Both the position numbers and the translations under genes were made by a program. Of a stretch of DNA of 39,234 nucleotides, positions 1 through 11,192 are shown piece by piece. The notes under the pieces were generated by a model, which worked only from the letters and a program-made list of their open reading frames with translations, searched no databases and had not been told where the DNA came from. Origin of the DNA: Chrysochromulina tobinii (Eukaryota); the NCBI GenBank assembly GCA_001275005.1, contig JWZX01002561.1, positions 1 to 39,234 on the forward strand. Direction: 5' to 3'. How positions within the stretch are numbered: the stretch's first letter is position 1; each line of letters starts with the position of its first letter.

Positions 1-309
1 GCGATCAGGATCGAACACAAGCGTCGCATTCAATCTGAAGACTGGCTGGCTGGCGATAGGCGGACGCGCGGGCGGCTTCGTGCGGCCCTCGCTGCCTCCA
101 TGGGTCTGTGTCCCATGGAGTGCAAGCTGCAGCTTAGCAAGAGCTATGCATCAGCAGCAGCAGTGGTTCGATCCTCGGAGCGGTGGTGACTGTGCCCATG
201 GGTGGCCAGCACGTGCTGCTGGCGATCAGGATCGAACACAAGTGTCGCATTCAATCTGAAGACTGGCTGGCTGGCGATAGGCGGACGCGCGGGCGGCTTC
301 GTGCGGCCC
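1..309. repeat. 88-bp direct repeat (1-88 and 222-309); first copy may be truncated by the window edge
   Basis: gcgatcaggatcgaacacaag[c/t]gtcgcattcaatctgaagactggctggctggcgataggcggacgcgcgggcggcttcgtgcggccc occurs twice, 221 bp apart, with one mismatch. Confidence 0.9.
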
Positions 310-928
310 ATGGAGCCAAGAGGCGGGTCTGTGGAAAAGGGCCTTGCCGATGTGTCCATAGATTGCTTTCGCCATCAATGAACTCGGGGCGCCGCCCCGA
401 GTCGATTGCCGCATAGATGGGTCTATGGACACATTCCTATACCCCCCTATTAGAAAACGCGCCGTACCGAGCGCATCTGCCCTCCGTTCGTACACTTATT
501 CGGATTTCACCTCCTTCGTAGTTCGTAGCAGCAACCAGCACAAATGCAATCGACACGGAAACACTATTAACACGGCTGCAGCTCACGTGCTCGCAGCGTT
601 GGACAAGCTGAACCAAAGCGCCGGGTGTCCCCATCTCTTGGCCTTGAAGCATGCCTTGAAAGCGGGCTCCGCGTCCCAATTGCCGCGTCCGTTTCGTTTC
701 AATGCGATCATGCGATCAAATGCCGGCATGTCGGTGTCCCCTCCCCCTCCCCGGCTGTGCCCTGCCCCGAGCGGCATCCCCCCCCCGCGCGTGCAGCAAT
801 GGACTTCGTCCGGCGACCACCGACCTCCGCTCTCTCGCCACCGCTCTATCGCGACGTCAGGCAGCCGTGCGACACTCGCCACACGACAGCCTCAGCCAGC
901 GAGTTCACGCCTCCACCTTGTGGCAAGT

Positions 929-1876
929 TCACTCCTCGAGCGAGTTTACCAGCGCCTCCGTCTCCTTCCACATACGCGCTGCCAGCTCGTCGTCCTGGCC
1001 GTGCGGACTCGGCGTCGACACGTTGCACGAGGCCCAGTACTTGCCCGTGATGCCCTTTGCGTCTGGGTGCACTGCCAGGTAAGTCTGCGTCGCGGCACAA
1101 GCGCCGACACTCTTGAGCGCAATCATCGGGCCAAGCGTGCCGAAGATGAACTTCGCAATCGGGCCCTGGTCCATGTTCCGCGAGAGCTCCGTCGCAGCGA
1201 CGCCTGGGTGCACCGAGTTGCAGACCTGGCCCTCGGGCAGCCGCTTGCTCAGCTCACGAGCAAACAGAAGATTGGCGAGCTTGGACTGCCCATACGCGCC
1301 CCACGGGCTGTACTCCTTCTCGCCCGTCATGTCATCAAAGTTGATCCCGTGCTTCTTGTACGCCATGCTCTCCGCCATGGATGAGAGAATAACCACGCGA
1401 CCATCGGGCTTCAGCTGCTTCACGATGCCGTTCACGAGGATGAAATGACCGACGTGATTGGTGAGGTACTGCAGCTCGACACCGTGCTTCGTCTCTCGCT
1501 TGGGCAGTGCCATGATAGCAGCATTCGCAATGATGGCGTCGAGCGGGCCCGCGCGGCATGCAACCACCTCACGCACTGCCATCCGCACGACAGACGGCTC
1601 GCTAAGCTCACAGGCGATCGGGTAAAACTTGCCCTCCGGAACACCCGCTTTAGCTGCAGCCTGCGTCGCCTTCTCGACGGTGCGCGCCAGCCCGACTATC
1701 GTCGCGCCCTTCGACGCGAGCACCCTCATGGTTTCGTATCCAAGACCGGCGTTGACACCTGTGATGAGGTAGGTCTTTCCTGTGAGGTCCAGTCCGTTCG
1801 CGACCTGCTCGGCGGTGGAGTTGTATCCGAATCCCGAGGGCCCGTTGCGCATGAAGTAGCCGATCAGCGGCGCCAT
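929..1876 (-). CDS. Short-chain dehydrogenase/reductase, retinol dehydrogenase/WWOX-like (315 aa, intronless)
   Basis: From MAPLIGYF (ATG 1876): Rossmann TGVNAGLG, IIANAA, NHVGHF, catalytic YGQSK, SVHPG and the C-terminal A.RMW..TE pattern typical of retinol-DH-like SDRs. Confidence 0.92.
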   Translation of the reverse strand: MAPLIGYFMRNGPSGFGYNSTAEQVANGLDLTGKTYLITGVNAGLGYETMRVLASKGATIVGLARTVEKATQAAAKAGVPEGKFYPIACELSEPSVVRMAVREVVACRAGPLDAIIANAAIMALPKRETKHGVELQYLTNHVGHFILVNGIVKQLKPDGRVVILSSMAESMAYKKHGINFDDMTGEKEYSPWGAYGQSKLANLLFARELSKRLPEGQVCNSVHPGVAATELSRNMDQGPIAKFIFGTLGPMIALKSVGACAATQTYLAVHPDAKGITGKYWASCNVSTPSPHGQDDELAARMWKETEALVNSLEE

Positions 1877-2133
1877 TGTGGGACAAGTGCTCGAGAAGGA
1901 AGAGAGTCTTTCCAAGGAAGGAATCCTTGTCTCGTTAGTTGAATCGACGGGACGCCGTTTCGAAACTCGCTGGGCTTTCCTCGGAAACAGCAAATTCAAG
2001 AGAGAAAAGGAATCCAGGCTCGAACCTTCCAGCACGACCGTCGAAGTGTTCACGGTCACGTTAAAGGCCTTTAAGTTGCCATTTCGGCAAGACGCACGAC
2101 CACCGTTCCCGTGGAGACGCACGACCACCGGCC

Positions 2134-5100
2134 ATGATTTCCGACACCGCGCGTGCAGGCCTGGAGCTGCTCAAGGGCGGTGCCGTCGCCCTCAAGCACG
2201 GGAGAGCAGGGCAGCCGAAAGAGACCATCTTCACGCTCTCCGCCGACGAGAAAAGGCTCACTTGGGCGCCGATGCAGAAAAAGTCCATGCTCAAAAGCAT
2301 GGGCAGCTATGCGATCGGCAGCAGTAAGTCGGATGAGGATCGTCAAATGCGCCTGGCGGATGTCGTCGAGCTGCTCGTCGGTCGCGAGACGCCAATCTTC
2401 CAGCGAGCGGGCAATGACGCCGGCGGCAGCGAGCACCTCTCGCTCAGCCTCGTGCTCAGTGCCGCACAACGAAGTGCCGGGCGCGAGTCGCTCGACGTGT
2501 CGTTTGGCGAGGGCGGCGAAGAGACCTTTGGGCTGTGGGTGGCCGCGCTACGCCACTTGTTGAACAAGGGGAAACCCACTCAGTTGATCAGGGGCTCTTC
2601 GATGGCTTCCATGGAGCGGGTTGAGCCGCGGCCCGTTCCTGCCGAGGAGCCCCTGTTTACGCTGTCGCCGCAGCCGGTGGCTGTGTCGGCGCCGGCGAGC
2701 CCGGTCCCGGCACGCCCCAGCGAGTCTGCGCGGCCTGCCGATCCATTTCGCGGCCCTGGAGGTCTGATGGAAGACTTGATGCCCGGCGGCCCCATGGGTC
2801 TGCTCGGGACGACGCTGCTCGACAGCATGGTGCCTGACGGGTCAGGCCTGGGAGAGCTCCTCGACATGGCTGCGGGCGATGCGCTCATGTCCTCCGCGCG
2901 CGCGGCGGCGGCGATGGCGGGCACCTTATGTGCCATCGAGCAGATGCTCGCGGCCACGCACGCGGACCAGCTGCGCGCCGCCCTGAGCGAGGCACAGTCG
3001 ACGCCGGGGGTGCCCACCGAGGCACTCTCCCTCGCATCACGTCGGTTACTCGTGATGCAAGCGCCCGACGGCGGGCGGGAGGAGATGCAGGTGAGATGAG
3101 CTCGGATTGAGCCTCGGAATGCCTCTGACCACCCTCCGACGCGAGCGGGTGATTGCCTCTAATTGCCTCTAATTGCCTCGGATGGCTTCTGATTGCCTCT
3201 GACCACCCTCCGACGCGAGCGGGTCGAGGTGCAGATCCAGATCCAGATGGATATGAGCTCTAATTGCGCCTCGGATGGCTTATGATTGCCTCCAAATTGC
3301 CTCTGATTGCCTCTAATTGCCTCTGATTGCCTGGTGTGAGATGCAGATCCAGATGGCACTGCAGCAGATCATGTTCGAGACTAAGGGCAAGCTTGAGATG
3401 ATGGCGGCGCTGCAGGCGAAGCTCGAAGCGCTGCAAGGGGCGCAGGCGAGCATGGCTACTGATGGCTACTGATGTCTATTGATGGCCACTGACGTCTTTT
3501 GATGGCTACTGGTGGCTATTGATGGCTACTGATGTCTATTGATGGCTACTGATGGCTATTGATGGCTACTGATGACCACTTGATGGCCACTGATGGCTCC
3601 TGAGTGCCCCCTCGTCTATCAGGCACGCATGGCCTCTAATTGCCCCCTAATGGATTGCCTCTAATTGCCTCTAATTGCCTCGTTCATCAGGAACGCATGG
3701 CCGCTGAGAATGCGCAGCTGCGCGCGGCGGCGGCGGCGGGCGGCGGCCCACGCCGACCACGCCGAGCGAGCGCGAGTAAAGCGACCGGCCAGGAGGAGGA
3801 GGAGGAGGAGGAGGAGGAGGACGAGCAGGAGATATTTGATCGGGAGGCGCGCTTGGGTTATAAGAAGGCCAAGGGGACGATCATGCAAGCTATCCTCGAT
3901 GGGCGCGTGGGCACGGCGGAGGAGTACCTTGAGCGTGATGTGCATCTGTTCAGGCTGGCCGATGCCGACTTGCAGCGCGAGTACAATTGGTATACGACCG
4001 TGTATCTCGGCGACGACACGCCGCCGCCGGTGTGTTCGATGGCCGAGAGGACCCTCATCAAGCGGATTGCTCCTGATTGCTCCTGATTGCTCGGTGTGTC
4101 CGATGGCCGAGAGGACCCTCATCAAGCTGATCGCTCCTAATTGCTGCTGATTGCCATGTTTGGCAGGTGCGTGGGATGGCCGAGATGACCCTCATCAAGC
4201 TGGGTGAGGTCGTCGATAAGCCGCAGCGGATCCGCATCCGGTAGTGACGACCACTGATTGCGTCTGATTGCGTCTGATTGCGTCTGATTGCGTTCGATTG
4301 CGTCTGATTGCGTCTGATTGCGTCTGATTGCGTCTGATCCGTCGCGGCTCTCTCGTGTGAACAGTCTGATCGAGAGGCAAGCTGAAGAAGCCAAGGCCGC
4401 TAGGGAGGCTCGTGAGCGCGAGAATGCCAAGAATGCGCAGGAGCGCGAGCTGCGCCACAAGCAGAACCGGATGAACCAGGCGGCGTATGACGAGTGCCGC
4501 GCGCGATGGCTGCCGCTGCTCGCGCACATGGAGGAGGACGCCCTGATGGCCGTCCTAAGTGACGCCGAGCGAACGCTTGCACGCCGCGTGAGCCATCGAG
4601 CCGAGCTTAAGCTTGTGGTCATCACCTTGGACGAGGTGCGCAAGATGCCGCCGGGCCGATTCACCGCGATGGGCACCTCGGGCCTCAAGCCGACGGAGAT
4701 GCGCGCGGTGCTCTACGCGATCCACCAGGCCAGCCCCCCCAGCGCGAGCGCGATGCAATTCGGCGCGATGCTCGGAGTCAAGGTGGCGCAATTAGCCGAC
4801 TTTGAGCCGGCGCCCGAGACGGCGCCCGAGACGGCGCCCGAGACGACGCCCGAGACGGCGCCGGTACCGCAGGCCATGCCCGCAGAGGAGCAGGCGCCCG
4901 GCACAGCGCCTCCAGCGCCAGCCCGGCCTCCCCGCCCGCCACCCTGCCCGCCGCCCATGCCGCCACCCATGCCGCCCCCCAAGCCAGCGACCCCCAAGCC
5001 GCAGTCGCCATCGGCGGTGGGAAGCGACAGTCGCACCGCTCTGCTCGACGCAATCAAGGCAGGCGCGGGAGGTCTCAAGAAGGCAGCGGACCGCACCGCA

Positions 5101-5396
5101 GCGGACCGCACCGCACCGGACCGCACCGCACCGGACCGCACCGCACCGCCAGCGCCGCCGCCGCCAGCGCCGCCGCCGCCGCCGCCGGCAGCATTCGCGC
5201 CGCCGGCAGCGCTCAATGCAGCGCTCAACGGCATGCCGTCCTCGCCGCAGGGCGGGGCGCCGTCTCTGGGCGAGGCGCCGTCTTGGGCGCCGTCTTCACC
5301 GAGTGGAGCCGATTCGTCAGGCGGGCGGACGGATATGCTCGAGGAGCTGGTGCGCAAGGCGAACGCGCGCGCGGCGACGGCGCAGAAAGCCCAAGA

Positions 5397-5443
<47 letters not shown>

Positions 5444-5505
5444 TTCGATCCGAAGAGGCACGCGCTGCCGCGGAGGCGGAGGCACGAGCTGCGGATATGG
5501 ACTGA
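2134..5505 (+). CDS. Multi-exon PH-domain protein with coiled coil, proline-rich region and WH2-like motif
   Basis: N-terminus LKHGRAGQPKETIFTLSADEKRLTW...LWVAALRHLL resembles a PLC-type PH domain. Inferred exons 2134-3090, 3347-3445, 3691-4029, 4167-4240, 4365-5505 join in frame (intron 2 has a GC donor). Poly-Pro tracts, then SRTALLDAIKAGAGGLKKA (WH2-like). Confidence 0.72.
3150..3331 (+). repeat. Intronic degenerate 10-bp microsatellite (ctaattgcct/ctgattgcct)
   Basis: Visible tandem units inside inferred intron 3091-3346. Confidence 0.85.
3451..3599 (+). repeat. Intronic 10-bp tandem repeat (gatggctact)n, ~15 units
   Basis: Visible 10-bp period inside inferred intron 3446-3690. Confidence 0.92.
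4254..4338 (+). repeat. Intronic 10-bp tandem repeat (ctgattgcgt)n, ~8 units
   Basis: Visible inside inferred intron 4241-4364. Confidence 0.92.
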
Positions 5506-5775
5506 TTCAAACCCAGACTTTTAGTTCGATGGATGATGCAGCCATAGCCGGCCGGGTCGGCCGCGGGCTCCAGCGTGCGCGCCCATCTCCGTCGCAGCGG
5601 TAATAAAACGAGCCGTGTAGTGTGTAGGATAGCGTTGGCCGTTGCGTTCAGTGACACAAAGATGGCTCTCCAATTAAGGCCACGCGCTGTATGGAATAAT
5701 CATGCTTATGAAAGGCTAATAACAAAACCTAAAGTGCGGTGTGCGCGAGATTTCAGAGTTTGCGGAACGAGCTTG

Positions 5776-6843
5776 TCATCGCGAGGTATCCTTTTCGCTC
5801 CGGAGGAGGCCCTGGGACTCCTCCTCAACGGCCGCGGCATCGGGGGCGGGGGGAGGCGGGCGCACGGGCGCCACAGGGCGCGCGGGCGCCACGGGGCGCG
5901 CGTACAGCGCCACGCCAGCCGCGACCAGCAGTGCCGCGACGAGGCCGGTCGCGTTCAGTTCGGTGCCGAAGAGAGCTGCGGAGGCAAGCATGGTGAGGAC
6001 GACCTCCGTGGCGGCGGCGATGTTCTTGAGGACGGAGTCGAGATGCTTGAGGAAGTAGCCGGTCACCAGTCCAACCGACGACATGATCGCCATGATCGCG
6101 AGAATTGTAGGCGTGCAGATCGCGGCGAGGTTCTCTGGGGCGACTGCCTCGCCCAGCCGACCCTGAGCCATCAGAAAGGCGCCATTCCACACGATGGAGT
6201 GCAGGTACATGTACGCATTCTGCAGGTTGGTGGTGACGCCGCGCGCGAGCCCTCCGTCGCCGCCCTTGAGCAGCAGCTCGGTGTACACGCCCGCGAACAC
6301 CGACGCCAGCAGCTGCGCCAGCAGCAGCAGCCACGCACGCGCGCTCGCGCTCAGGCTCGTGCTCGAGGTGAGCTTGTCCGCCTCCTTGCACATGCAGCCG
6401 AGAGTGATGAGCACGATGCCCAGCCACTGGTTGCGGCTCAGCCGCTTCGTGAAGAGCACCTGGTACAGCACGCCCGTCATCACGATGCGCGCCTGCATGA
6501 GCACGTTGTACGTGCCCGGGTCAAAGGTCGACAGGTTGATGTACACGAGGTTGTTGTACACGCAGTAGAGAAGCGCGGGCACGGCATACTTGAGCAGCAG
6601 CGGCACCGAGTCGCGCGTCGCCTGCACCATCTGCGCCAGGCTGCCGTCGTATGTCACGTAAAAGGACGTCGCCATGATGAGCTTGATGAGCTCGGTGAGC
6701 AGCACGACCGAGGTGGCGTTGAAATCGGGCGCGCCCGCGCGCTTGCTGGCATAGATCAGCAGGTGCGAGCTTACCCAGAGCAACACGTACCCAACGAAGA
6801 TGCCCCGCTTCAGCGGGGTGTCGAGGCCTAGGACCGACGACAT
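5776..6843 (-). CDS. Nucleotide-sugar transporter, SLC35A family (CMP-sialic acid/UDP-Gal/UDP-GlcNAc type), 355 aa
   Basis: From MSSVLGLD (ATG 6843): multiple TM helices; family motifs VVLLTELIKL, YAVPALLYCVYNNL, TYNVLMQARI, FAGVYTELLLK, LKHLDSVLK. Confidence 0.92.
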   Translation of the reverse strand: MSSVLGLDTPLKRGIFVGYVLLWVSSHLLIYASKRAGAPDFNATSVVLLTELIKLIMATSFYVTYDGSLAQMVQATRDSVPLLLKYAVPALLYCVYNNLVYINLSTFDPGTYNVLMQARIVMTGVLYQVLFTKRLSRNQWLGIVLITLGCMCKEADKLTSSTSLSASARAWLLLLAQLLASVFAGVYTELLLKGGDGGLARGVTTNLQNAYMYLHSIVWNGAFLMAQGRLGEAVAPENLAAICTPTILAIMAIMSSVGLVTGYFLKHLDSVLKNIAAATEVVLTMLASAALFGTELNATGLVAALLVAAGVALYARPVAPARPVAPVRPPPPAPDAAAVEEESQGLLRSEKDTSR

Positions 6844-7342
6844 GGCCCTCGGAAGGCCCGTGTGAAAACACGGCGAACATTGTAGGGTGTGTGGGGAAAC
6901 TGCGACTCCCCGACTGCGACTCCCCGACTCGCCAATTGGCGAGCATAGATTCACAGCTGTGTCAGCAGTCAGTTATGGGACAATTGTTGTGGGATCGCGG
7001 GCTCCCCCCGCGCTCATCACACTCCGTCTCAAAGGACGGCTCCGCTGCCCTCGGTCAACACAAGCATTAAGTACTCGCTCTCTCGGGCTCCTCAATGGTT
7101 GCTACATGAGGTCCGGTGCTCTCCCAGCGCACAGGCGTGATCCCTCACCCTGCGGCCTGGTCTGCCGCTCGCTGTGCCGTGCCCGTACACAGAGAGGTGG
7201 GACGTGTGGCAGTGTCGGACGTTCCGTTCAAGTCTCGCACGAGACGTGTGTGTGTGTGTGCCTCGCGCCCATGATTTCCTTCACCTAACGTAGTGAGTTC
7301 AAATACGAAATAGACCCAGGGGGCCGACCCTAGAGAGTCGTC

Positions 7343-7801
7343 TTACCGCAAGAAACATGCTGAAAACGTACCTGTGTGCTGTGAGATGGTGCTATTTTGC
7401 CGGTGCCCAGATCGGGGAGGATACCACAGGCATGCCCTTGCGCTCATCGCCGAGTTGCAACGCCCTTTCAACATACTGTCACGGCAGGAATCGATCGCGT
7501 TTTCAGTGGTGGATAAGGTCATGGGTCGGAGGGAAGGCGACCCATTGCGCACCAGCTTGATTTCGTCTTTCTTCAGGTGCATATCCTTATTGATGGGCGT
7601 CACGCGAAATTGGTAGCGCGAGAGATACTCGGAGGTGACCGGGCCGGCCACCGGCGCATCCCCGCCCGTCCAGATGGCCGGCGCGAAGCCTCGTCGCGGC
7701 AGCATGAATCCCGGATTGATGTTGGTGTTGAGCGATCGTGGCAGGGCGTTCAGGCACGCCTGGAAGCGCCGCTTCTGGTATTCCTCCTTGCTCACGCTCA
7801 T
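7343..7801 (-). CDS. Hypothetical protein (~150 aa); 3' end may be spliced
   Basis: ORF from MSVSKEEYQKRR (ATG 7801), divergent from the 8058 gene. A strong donor cacag|gtacgt at 7371 could join to an acceptor at 7150, giving a slightly shorter C-terminus. No recognisable domain. Confidence 0.45.
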   Translation of the reverse strand: MSVSKEEYQKRRFQACLNALPRSLNTNINPGFMLPRRGFAPAIWTGGDAPVAGPVTSEYLSRYQFRVTPINKDMHLKKDEIKLVRNGSPSLRPMTLSTTENAIDSCRDSMLKGRCNSAMSARACLWYPPRSGHRQNSTISQHTGTFSACFLR

Positions 7802-8057
7802 GACAGTCCGGAGCGAATCCGCACCACCCACGGTTTCTCGTTGCCTCACAAGCAGCCCCGACGAGCGGCTCGAGTGCCGAAACGACGGCGATACTTGGGC
7901 GCGTCCTGTTGGGCTCATCGATCTGCGTTGAACAAACAGTATGCAAGAAGAAGCTTCCCCAAAACTCTGCTTCACGCTTTGATTACTCTTTGATTCACAG
8001 AGCAACTCACAGAGCGCGCCGCAGACCGCGGCACCGTGCTCCTCCTACCGGCGGCCA

Positions 8058-9119
8058 ATGCTGCGCCGCGTCGAGTCCGATCTCTGGAACACAAAAGGGT
8101 CGGCCACCATGACGCTCGCCGTGGGGCAGATCCGTGCGCTCCTCGAGGAGAACGCCTTGGCCATGCAAGAGCTGCACACGACCCGTGTCTTTGCGACAGC
8201 GACAGAGGTTCCCCCAAGGCACACTGCCGCGGCCAGCGATAGCAGCAGCGACGGCGCCAGCAGCGCCGCTCCAAGATCCGAGGCGCTCACGAATCCCGAG
8301 GCTGCGGCACTGCGCCGGGAGGTGACGGCGCTGCAGGCCGAGGTGGCGCGCATGCGAGGTGAGCTTGAGGCGGCACACCAGCGCTCGGCGACGATCGCTG
8401 AGTGCCAGCGCAAGCAGAGCGAGATGCACGCGATGTTGCTGCGATCGGCGTACGACGAGGCCGTCGAGGCGCGCGACGAGGCGCGCGAGGACACCGCGCG
8501 CATGCGCGCGCAGCTCGAGCAGCGCACCTCGGAGCTGGCTGCTGCCCAGCAGCGGGCGTCGCTGCAATGGCAGACGATGGAGGCGGAGATGGGACTGCTC
8601 GCGGCGGAGGGCAGAACAGCGCGCGGCGAGCTCGTGGGGCACACGACGGCGCACACCTCGACGAGCGCCGCCGGCGTGCACCTCGGCCTTCTGCGCCACG
8701 AGCTGCGCCGAGCCGAAGACGAGGCGGCGAGGGCGGCGGCCGTGGCGGCGGCGGCAGCGGCGACGAGCGAGGTGCCAGGCACGCGCGGGGTGGCGGCACG
8801 GCCGCCGGCGCCGCTCGCGCCGCTTGACTTCGATGCGCTGCGCGAGCTGCGCCAGTGGTGCGAGCCCCTGGCCGGTGCGCCGAGTGCTGCGCCGAGTGCT
8901 GCGCCGAGTGCTGCTGAGCTCAAGCATCGACAGCTGATGCTCGCGCGGGTGGAGCGCCTTGAGGAGTACGCGGAGGCGGCCGCGGAGCGCTTCGCGGCGC
9001 TGCAGCAGGAGCACGAGGACCTGCGCAAGAAGCACAGCAAGCTGCTGCGCGCCACGCGACGAAGTCGGGCCGAGGAGCAAACCGCCCTGCCGTCCACCTC
9101 CATGATGCTCCCTGCCTGA
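8058..9119 (+). CDS. Hypothetical coiled-coil protein (353 aa)
   Basis: ATG-initiated ORF with GC-rich third codon positions and long E/A/R/Q/L heptad-like stretches. Confidence 0.7.
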   Translation: MLRRVESDLWNTKGSATMTLAVGQIRALLEENALAMQELHTTRVFATATEVPPRHTAAASDSSSDGASSAAPRSEALTNPEAAALRREVTALQAEVARMRGELEAAHQRSATIAECQRKQSEMHAMLLRSAYDEAVEARDEAREDTARMRAQLEQRTSELAAAQQRASLQWQTMEAEMGLLAAEGRTARGELVGHTTAHTSTSAAGVHLGLLRHELRRAEDEAARAAAVAAAAAATSEVPGTRGVAARPPAPLAPLDFDALRELRQWCEPLAGAPSAAPSAAPSAAELKHRQLMLARVERLEEYAEAAAERFAALQQEHEDLRKKHSKLLRATRRSRAEEQTALPSTSMMLPA

Positions 9120-9487
9120 TTCGGTAGCTCGTGCGATGCGGCGGAGGCCGTGACAGCGCTGTACTGGGCGTCCCAGCTGGCCAGGAGCGGGGGCGCGCGG
9201 AGCTGGAGGCGCGCGGTGCTCATGCCTCATCGCAGAGACGGCAGCTCGGCCCTCGGCTGTGGGGCAGAGGCTGGGCAGCGAAGTCAGAGGAGTACATTGT
9301 AGAGAGGCAAGTAGAGACGTGCCTTACTTTCACTCTTTCACAGTGACGATCTCGGCGCGCGCGGATTCAAGAGTGTATTGCGAACGTTTCAAGATACTCG
9401 GTCCTTTCAGGTCGCCCGAAGCTCTTTCTGTCCTGCACACCCACACCTGTGCTTCGTCAAACATTTGTTTTGCAATCGAATCACAAA

Positions 9488-10603
9488 ATGGCGACGCTCG
9501 TTGTGTCGCTGCTACTCGTCCGTGTGTCGGACAAGGATGCGCCGCGGCTCGAAATGAGCAAGAACCCGCCCAAGTTCGACCTCACCAGGCTGCCCAAGTT
9601 TGAGGTGCCACGGCCCGCTGACTGGGCGCGCGCGATGCTTCACACGCTGGAGTCCATTCAGCCGCACCGGCCGGCTCGCCGGCACTGGTCCGACTCCATT
9701 CGCTTGCCAATGTTGATCATTTCCGTGGGCGCGCTGATCGCACGTCTCACGAAGCCCAAGGAGGCGAGCGGAGATTGGCTGCTGCGCTGGGCGTGCCGAA
9801 TCATCTACGCGTGCACCGTCATCAACCCGTTCTTCAGCGTACTCGCGGACGACTACACCTTCATGCACGACGCGGCCTCGTCGTACTTGATCGAGCGCAA
9901 GAGGAAGCACTCATCGTTCACGGTCAATCAGGAGGAAGCCTTTCGACGCACGCTCATCGGTTTCGGCAAGATTCGGCCTCGTCGCCTCTTTGCGTTGGGC
10001 GCGACGCTGCGTGGCATTCAGCTGCACTCGCCCCTCGTGCACATATGGGACCCCCCGTGCCAGTTCGGGACCGGCCTCAACATGCTGGCGCTCTTTGATG
10101 GGATCGCGTGGCCGGCGGTCGTCACGTTGGGCTGGGCCATCTCCGAAAAGTGGTGGCGGATCGGGCGGGGCGCCGTGGTGAGCGCATCGAACCCGAAGGG
10201 CGTGCGTGGCCGCACTACCGGCTGCGCCGCCCATGATGGCGCCGTCAGCACGAGCGCCACCACCGCCGCCACCGCCGCCACCGCCGCCGCCAACACCACC
10301 GCCGCCACCGCCGCCACCGCCGCCGCCTCCAAGCATCCCGGCCCCCCGTCACCACGCGCCAGCTCGCCAGCTCGATCCGCCCAAGACGACGCGTCGCACC
10401 GACCCTTCGAGATACGTCTGCCGAGCGCCATCCCGGGCGTGACGCGTCCCGGGCTGCACCTGCACTTCCACGTGCCGGCCGTGCACGTGAGCGCGATGGT
10501 GGCCACCCTGCTGCTCGCGACGCACCGCTGGCCGTGGGTGCTCACCGATGCTCTCCTGTGCAGTTCCATCCATTGGGTGCCACGTGTCGAGCCGCCCGAC
10601 TAG
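9488..10603 (+). CDS. Hypothetical membrane protein (371 aa)
   Basis: ATG in an aaaATGg context at 9488, hydrophobic N-terminus and several hydrophobic segments, A/T low-complexity tract; no recognised domain. Confidence 0.62.
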   Translation: MATLVVSLLLVRVSDKDAPRLEMSKNPPKFDLTRLPKFEVPRPADWARAMLHTLESIQPHRPARRHWSDSIRLPMLIISVGALIARLTKPKEASGDWLLRWACRIIYACTVINPFFSVLADDYTFMHDAASSYLIERKRKHSSFTVNQEEAFRRTLIGFGKIRPRRLFALGATLRGIQLHSPLVHIWDPPCQFGTGLNMLALFDGIAWPAVVTLGWAISEKWWRIGRGAVVSASNPKGVRGRTTGCAAHDGAVSTSATTAATAATAAANTTAATAATAAASKHPGPPSPRASSPARSAQDDASHRPFEIRLPSAIPGVTRPGLHLHFHVPAVHVSAMVATLLLATHRWPWVLTDALLCSSIHWVPRVEPPD

Positions 10604-11192
10604 TGACCGCGAGATCAATGGCGACTACCGACCGCGAGATTACAGCGAGATCCAAGCACGCTCTGTCTCGCATGCAGATCGCGCCATGTTGAGCGCATTC
10701 GTGTGCGCCATTTCGTGCGAGCGTCGTGACGAGCGCTATTCAACACGGACAAGGGAGGCGGCGCGACACGCGCTCAGGGCCGCCTTGCGCCGACCGGCAA
10801 CCACTGTGGCGTTGGAACCACCAGCGCAAACTCGAAATTGTTTAGTTTTTACACGCCTGCGGCAGCGCGTGCGCAGGCCGCAGCGGCTTCCGCCGGTAGC
10901 CCGGGCACTCGGGGCACATTTCGCGTCTCTAGTGTTGCAGGTGTACTTTAGGTCCTGTGAATTTAGGTAGCGACGTACAGAGTGTGTTTGGCAAGATCTC
11001 TCGTGCGGCGTGACATCCCCAGACCGTTCAATCCTCACGTAATCGTAAATCCAGGCGCGGACGCGGTCTATGCTCCGCGTCACCGGTGTCCGGTCTGGCC
11101 CGCGGCGGGCGCTGGGCTCAGGGCTGAGCCTCTCGTCGTCCGGACGTTAACGCGGACCCGGTGTCCCCGAGCGGACCGCGGCGGACTGAACG

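Noticed and set aside
425..1384. 319-aa plus-strand ORF, and the many other long antisense/overlapping ORFs (e.g. 5575-6831, 8007-9230, 13237-14400, 37690-38577)
   Set aside because: Shadows of real genes in high-GC DNA; Arg/Ala/Pro-rich with no recognisable motifs
1877..2128. N-terminal extension of the SDR ORF
   Set aside because: Starts at a non-ATG codon and spans the shared promoter region; homology begins at MAPLIGY
5398..5442. (GCG)n run, also (GAG)n at 3793 and (GCC)n at 15683
   Set aside because: Ordinary coding poly-Ala/poly-Glu tracts
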